Both the position numbers and the translations under genes were made by a program. Below, piece by piece: positions 59,534-64,000 of a stretch of DNA of 64,000 nucleotides. The notes beneath the pieces were generated by a model. The model had not been told where the DNA came from and did no database searches. It saw only the letters and a list, made by a program, of their open reading frames with translations. Numbering within the stretch: the first letter of the stretch is position 1; each line of letters starts with the position of its first letter. The DNA lies in assembly GCA_965204375.1 (NCBI GenBank), contig OZ241986.1, forward strand, positions 5,312,001-5,376,000, given 5' to 3'. This stretch comes from Candidatus Latescibacterota bacterium. Its GTDB lineage: Bacteria > Latescibacterota > UBA2968.

Positions 59534-61360
59534 CTATCGCAATCCGAGGTAAAGTGCGACAACGGCCAATAAGATGATGGCCCAGCCGAGATAGAGTTGC
59601 ATCCAGCCGCCCTGTACGCGGGTTGATTTTGCGCCGGTGCGCAAGATGCCGAGGCCAAAGCGGTCGTAGTTTCCGTCGAGGATGTGGTTTTCAGTCCAGT
59701 GCAAGATGCGGGATAGCGCGTGGGTGATGGCGACAATGGTGACGCGATAGATGTCGTCGATGTACCATTTGTTTGTGAACAGGGTATTGAGTGGTGCGAT
59801 TTTGCTGATGAATCCCGTGCGCGGTGCGTTGTCGCGTCCATAGTCGAGATAGGCGATCAGAATGCCGAGGATGACGACGCCTACTGTGGGTATCATCAAT
59901 ATGACGCTGTGGTGTTGTGGTATGAGGCCCAGGCCCTGAGCGATGTTGGCACCAAAGAAGCCGAGTACGATTGCGCCCAGGGTGAGGATCAAGACGGGGG
60001 CTTTCATGTTCATGGGTTCGGGATGGCTGTGGTCGTTGGTGGATGTCCGATCGGGTTTTGTGATGAGGAAAATCATGCGGAATGTGTAATAGGCCGTGAG
60101 AAAGGCCGCGAGAAATGCACCGGCCATGTAGATGTTGAAGCCATTGTGCCCCAGTTGGGCAAAAATTTCTTCTTTGCTCCAGAATCCCGCCAGTGGGGGA
60201 ACGCCCGATAGGGCAGCACCACCGATGAGGAGGCCAAGGGTTGCAGCTTTGAGGCGGCGGCCGCCACTGCGACCAATTTCTGCCATGCTGTTGGTGTGAT
60301 AGGCGTGGATGTAAATGCCCGAGCAGAGGAAGAGTAAGGCTTTGAAAAAGGCGTGGGTGATCAGGTGAAATACTCCTGCGAAGAGGCTGCCAGCAGCGAG
60401 TGCCATGAGCATGAAGCCGAGCTGGCTGATGGACGAATAGGCGAGTACTTTTTTGATGTCGGTATCGACCATTGCTATGGTCGATGCGAGGATCGCGGTG
60501 AAGGTGGCGATGCTCAGGACGATGAGTGCTGTGTCTTGCGCTGCCATAAAGAGCGGGTGCAGGCGGATCATGAGAAAGACGCCCGCGGCGACCATGGTGG
60601 CAGAGTGCAACAGGGCGCTGACCGGGGTGGGGCCTTCCATGGCGTCGGGCAGCCAGGTGTGCAATGGGAATTGCGCGCTTTTGCCCATGATGCCAATGAA
60701 GATGAGCAGTGTGATTGCGTTGAGCAAGCCCGGCGATATTTGTGTTGAGAGACCAGTTTGAGGGTCTAAGAGGGTGGGGATGTCGAAGTTTGAAACGAGT
60801 TGGAGGATGAGCAATATGCCGATGAAGAGGCCGACGTCGCCCACGCGGGTCATGAGAAAGGCTTTGCGCGCGGCTGCGGCTGCTTCGGGTTTTTCAAACC
60901 AGAAACCGATGAGGAAAAACGAAGATAGGCCGACGAGTTCCCAAAAGATGAAAGATTGCAGGAGATCGACGGCATAGACAAAGCTGAGCATGGACCAGGC
61001 AAAGAAGCTGAGCATTGCGAAATAGCGCGTTTTGCCCGGGTCTTGCGCCATGTAGCCTACTGAATAGAGCATGATGCAGGCGGTGATGAAGGCGACGACA
61101 ACGCCAAACATAAGGCTTGGACCATCGAGGATGAAGCCGAATTGGAGTTGTATTGCACCGCTTTGAAACCACAAAAATCGCAGGGGTTCAACGGGTCCCT
61201 GTACGAGAAGGGCGATGGCGCTCAAGAGGGATACCGCGCTGCCGAACAGGACCAATCCCTGAGCTATTCGAGGTTGTTGTACGAGAAAGATGATGGCGAT
61301 GATAAAACACGCCAGGGGAGAGATTGTCGTTAAGAGTATGAGTGAGAGAGTGTCCATCAA
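59534..61360 (-). CDS. nuoL: NADH-quinone oxidoreductase subunit L
   Basis: GKSAQFPLHTWLPDAMEGPTPVSALLHSATMV. Confidence 0.95.
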   Translation of the reverse strand: MMDTLSLILLTTISPLACFIIAIIFLVQQPRIAQGLVLFGSAVSLLSAIALLVQGPVEPLRFLWFQSGAIQLQFGFILDGPSLMFGVVVAFITACIMLYSVGYMAQDPGKTRYFAMLSFFAWSMLSFVYAVDLLQSFIFWELVGLSSFFLIGFWFEKPEAAAAARKAFLMTRVGDVGLFIGILLILQLVSNFDIPTLLDPQTGLSTQISPGLLNAITLLIFIGIMGKSAQFPLHTWLPDAMEGPTPVSALLHSATMVAAGVFLMIRLHPLFMAAQDTALIVLSIATFTAILASTIAMVDTDIKKVLAYSSISQLGFMLMALAAGSLFAGVFHLITHAFFKALLFLCSGIYIHAYHTNSMAEIGRSGGRRLKAATLGLLIGGAALSGVPPLAGFWSKEEIFAQLGHNGFNIYMAGAFLAAFLTAYYTFRMIFLITKPDRTSTNDHSHPEPMNMKAPVLILTLGAIVLGFFGANIAQGLGLIPQHHSVILMIPTVGVVILGILIAYLDYGRDNAPRTGFISKIAPLNTLFTNKWYIDDIYRVTIVAITHALSRILHWTENHILDGNYDRFGLGILRTGAKSTRVQGGWMQLYLGWAIILLAVVALYLGLR

Positions 61361-61662
61361 CCGCTCAGTTTGGTGAGTTTTTCCGCATCTATCTCGTGGT
61401 ATGCCCGATAGATGCGCAGGATGATCGATAAAAAGATAGCGACTTCGGCGGCTGCCAGCCCAATGATGATGAGGACGAAGACCTGGCCGGTCGTTGGGTC
61501 GGTGACGACAAACCGGTTAAAGGCCATCAGGTTTAAGCTGGCGGCATTCATCATGAGTTCGATGCCGATGAGCAGGGCTATGAGGTTGCGATGGGATAGT
61601 GCGCCGATCAAACCGAGTGAAAACAGGGCAGCGCCTACCAAAAGATAGGATTCGAGGGTCAA
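61357..61662 (-). CDS. nuoK: NADH-quinone oxidoreductase subunit K
   Basis: IELMMNA, AAAEVA. Confidence 0.93.
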   Translation of the reverse strand: MTLESYLLVGAALFSLGLIGALSHRNLIALLIGIELMMNAASLNLMAFNRFVVTDPTTGQVFVLIIIGLAAAEVAIFLSIILRIYRAYHEIDAEKLTKLSG

Positions 61663-62171
61663 GAATTTTCCTTTGGCAAAGCCTTGCGGGCAATCAAGAT
61701 GGCACCGATGATGGCCAGGAGCAAAACGAGGGAGAGGGCTTCAAAGACGACGTTGTAATGCGTGAGCAGTGCATGACCCAATGCACCCACAGACCAGGCT
61801 TTTTCAGATGCCGGGGACGCGATTTGCTGGAATTGCGCGCCGCGGATCAGATGGGCAACTGCGCCAAAAAAGATAACGGCACAGGCTATGGCGAAGCCGA
61901 GTTTTCGGGTGTCGGGATCGGGCGGGCGGATAGACATGGCTATCGAGAGCATCATGGCAAATACAATGGCAACGGTTATGCCGCCGATATAGATGAGTAC
62001 TTGCATTGCCGCGACAAATGGACTGCCGAGGTTGAGAAATAGCCCCGCCAGCCCCAGGAGGCTGATACCCAGACCGATGATGGCGTAGAGTATCTGGCGA
62101 GAAAATGCCGCCAGGCCTCCACCGATGAGGACGAGGGCTACAAATGTGTAGATGGCAGTCTGTTCGAGCAT
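61659..62171 (-). CDS. nuoJ: NADH-quinone oxidoreductase subunit J
   Basis: QVLIYIGGI.V, FE..S..LL.A.IGA. Confidence 0.92.
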   Translation of the reverse strand: MLEQTAIYTFVALVLIGGGLAAFSRQILYAIIGLGISLLGLAGLFLNLGSPFVAAMQVLIYIGGITVAIVFAMMLSIAMSIRPPDPDTRKLGFAIACAVIFFGAVAHLIRGAQFQQIASPASEKAWSVGALGHALLTHYNVVFEALSLVLLLAIIGAILIARKALPKENS

Positions 62172-62224
62172 TGTTGTTCTCCTGAAGGCGATCAGCATTC
62201 AGCGGTCAGCCCGCTCCACTACCC

Positions 62225-62276
62225 TTCTTTCCACTTCACACTTCTTACTTCACACTTCTTACTTCCTACTTCTTAC
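62225..62276. repeat. 7-mer array (ACTTCAC/ACTTCTT) overlapping the nuoI 3' end
   Basis: Same family as 54215 and 59428, in opposite orientation. Confidence 0.8.
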
Positions 62277-62798
62277 CTTTTTCGCTTTTCTTGCTGCGGC
62301 TTTTCTGGCGCGTTCTGCGGCTTGTTCGGCTTCGATTTCTTTCAGGCGTTCGCGCGCGGCTTCTTCTTTGTCTGCCCACGGTTCGAGTAAGTCGTAGAGA
62401 AAGTCGCTGCGATTGTATCCGGCTTCGTCGTGGACTTTGCTGTATCCCAGGGTGTCTGTGGGGCATACGTCTAAGCACAGTCCGCAGTCGCTGCACAGGG
62501 CAAAATCGACTTCGAATTTGGTCGATCTTTTGCGCCTTAATCCTTCGGGGCGTTCCCCGTCGAGGTAAATGCAAAAGGAGGGGCACACGCGCTCACAGAG
62601 TTTGCAGTCGATGCAATCGTGCGAGCCTATGTCTTCTTTTTCGATGAGGACAATGACATTGCGGAACGCTTCCGACATCTCGATTTTTTCCATTGGATAT
62701 TGCGAGGTGACGGGCGGTTTGCGAAAGTTGTCCAGTGTGACTTTCATGCCGGTCAGGAGCGTTTTGGTGCCGTCGAGGATTTCTTTTATGAGTGCCAT
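62259..62798 (-). CDS. nuoI: NADH-quinone oxidoreductase subunit I
   Basis: Two CxxCxxCxxxCP motifs. Confidence 0.92.
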   Translation of the reverse strand: MALIKEILDGTKTLLTGMKVTLDNFRKPPVTSQYPMEKIEMSEAFRNVIVLIEKEDIGSHDCIDCKLCERVCPSFCIYLDGERPEGLRRKRSTKFEVDFALCSDCGLCLDVCPTDTLGYSKVHDEAGYNRSDFLYDLLEPWADKEEAARERLKEIEAEQAAERARKAAARKAKKVRSRK

Positions 62799-62823
62799 GG
62801 GATTTTCCTGTGAGATGAAAGTT

Positions 62824-63798
62824 CTATACGATTTTCAAGACGAGTGTTGTGATTAGCAGGTTGATCAGCGAGAGGGGGACGAGTACCACCCAGGCGAATT
62901 TCATGAGCTGGTCAAAGCGGAGCCTCGGAAAAGTCCAGCGAAACCACATCATGAGGACGATGAGTGCATAGACTTTGATGAAGAACCATACGGCGTCTGG
63001 CAGGAAAGGCCCGCGCCATCCCCCCAGGAAGAGCACGGTTGCCAATGCGCATGCAAAGATCATGTTGGAGTATTCGGCAAAGAAGAACAGTCCAAAGCGC
63101 ATGCCGGAATATTCGGTGTGGAATCCGGCGACGAGTTCGGATTCCGCTTCGGGGATGTCAAAGGGGGCGCGATTGGTTTCGGCTGTGGCTGATATGATAA
63201 AGATGATCAGGGCAATGGGTTGTACCAGTATAAAGGGATAGGTTTCCTGTGCGAGGGTGATGTCGTAGAGCGACATGGTGCGGGTTATCATGACGATGGG
63301 GATGACCGATAGGATGAGGGGGATTTCGTAGGAGATATTTTGCGCGACTGAGCGCACGGCGCCGAGCAGGGCGTATTTGTTATTGGATCCCCAGCCTGCT
63401 AAGAATATGCCGATTACGTTGATGCCGCTGATGGCGAGGATGAGGACAATGGCGATGTTGAAGTCGTGGAATATGTAGGTGCTCGTTATGGGAAAGAGGG
63501 ACGAGAGGGCGACGACGGGCGCAAAGACCAGGATGGGCGCGATGATATAGAGCAGTTTGTTGGCGTGTTCGGGTGTGAGGAGTTCTTTGCTGAGTAATTT
63601 GCCCATGTCAAAAATTTGCTGCATCAGGCCAAAGGGTCCGCGTTGCGGGCCAATGCGGCGCTGTATGCGCGCGCTGAGTTTGCGTTCGAGCCAGATCAAC
63701 ATGATGGCGTTGACGCTCAAATAGGCCATGATGACGGCTATGGTTACACCGAGCGCGATATAGGGGTTTTCAAAAAGTTGGATGACGTCTGTTTTCAT
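62824..63798 (-). CDS. nuoH: NADH-quinone oxidoreductase subunit H
   Basis: ERK..A.IQRRIGP, ETNRAPFD.PEAESEL.AGF.TEYSG. Confidence 0.95.
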   Translation of the reverse strand: MKTDVIQLFENPYIALGVTIAVIMAYLSVNAIMLIWLERKLSARIQRRIGPQRGPFGLMQQIFDMGKLLSKELLTPEHANKLLYIIAPILVFAPVVALSSLFPITSTYIFHDFNIAIVLILAISGINVIGIFLAGWGSNNKYALLGAVRSVAQNISYEIPLILSVIPIVMITRTMSLYDITLAQETYPFILVQPIALIIFIISATAETNRAPFDIPEAESELVAGFHTEYSGMRFGLFFFAEYSNMIFACALATVLFLGGWRGPFLPDAVWFFIKVYALIVLMMWFRWTFPRLRFDQLMKFAWVVLVPLSLINLLITTLVLKIV

Positions 63799-63829
63799 AA
63801 AATAGCTTTCAGCGGTCAGCAGTTAGAGA

Positions 63830-64000
63830 TTAGCCTTCAGTAATCAGGGAACGATCCGTAAAGTTGCTGCGATTCTTTGGTTCCATCCATGCTGGAAGGG
63901 CGGTCCCGGTAGCTTCCGCATACAAGGTCTCTGGCGCTATGTCTATCTCGTTGTTCCAGGTCAGGACCCCAAGTTCCTTGTTGACAACGAAGTTGCGAAA
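63830..64000 (-). CDS. 3' end of a probable DUF2442 family protein (partial)
   Basis: Minus frame FRNFVVNKELGVLTWNNEIDIAPETLYAEATG...EG*; the W.N..DIAPE.LY motif. Confidence 0.7.
   Translation of the reverse strand, partial: FRNFVVNKELGVLTWNNEIDIAPETLYAEATGTALPAWMEPKNRSNFTDRSLITEG

Overview
Bacterial chromosomal window, roughly 50% GC with AT-richer accessory patches. Plant-type LRR and cohesin/dockerin proteins, four sulfatases, PhyH and GTAG-type REPs suggest a marine, probably sponge-associated bacterium (inference). The core backbone includes korAB, polX, dksA, gdhA, mrp, iscS, ftsY and nuoH-N. Accessory genes include a translationally coupled pair of STAND-like ATPases (the second ending in a HEPN RNase motif, a candidate defence system), Pnkp-Hen1 RNA repair, TA modules, a NYN RNase and a YtrA-type ABC operon. 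Highlights: (1) moeB split by an in-frame TGA at the conserved Cys with a SECIS-like hairpin, a probable selenoprotein with an inactive rhodanese domain; (2) the ATPase/ATPase-HEPN pair; (3) two mosaic scars made of synonymously diverged fragments of neighbouring genes, joined at microhomologies, each beside a cargo gene; (4) a KorB-CBS fusion with an adjacent stand-alone CBS gene; (5) a secreted COG4337-type iota carbonic anhydrase; (6) a sigma54 promoter with activator sites upstream of a GPP34-like gene cut by the window edge. No rRNA, tRNA, CRISPR array, integrase or transposase was recognised. All assignments are by eye from motifs; no database searches were run.
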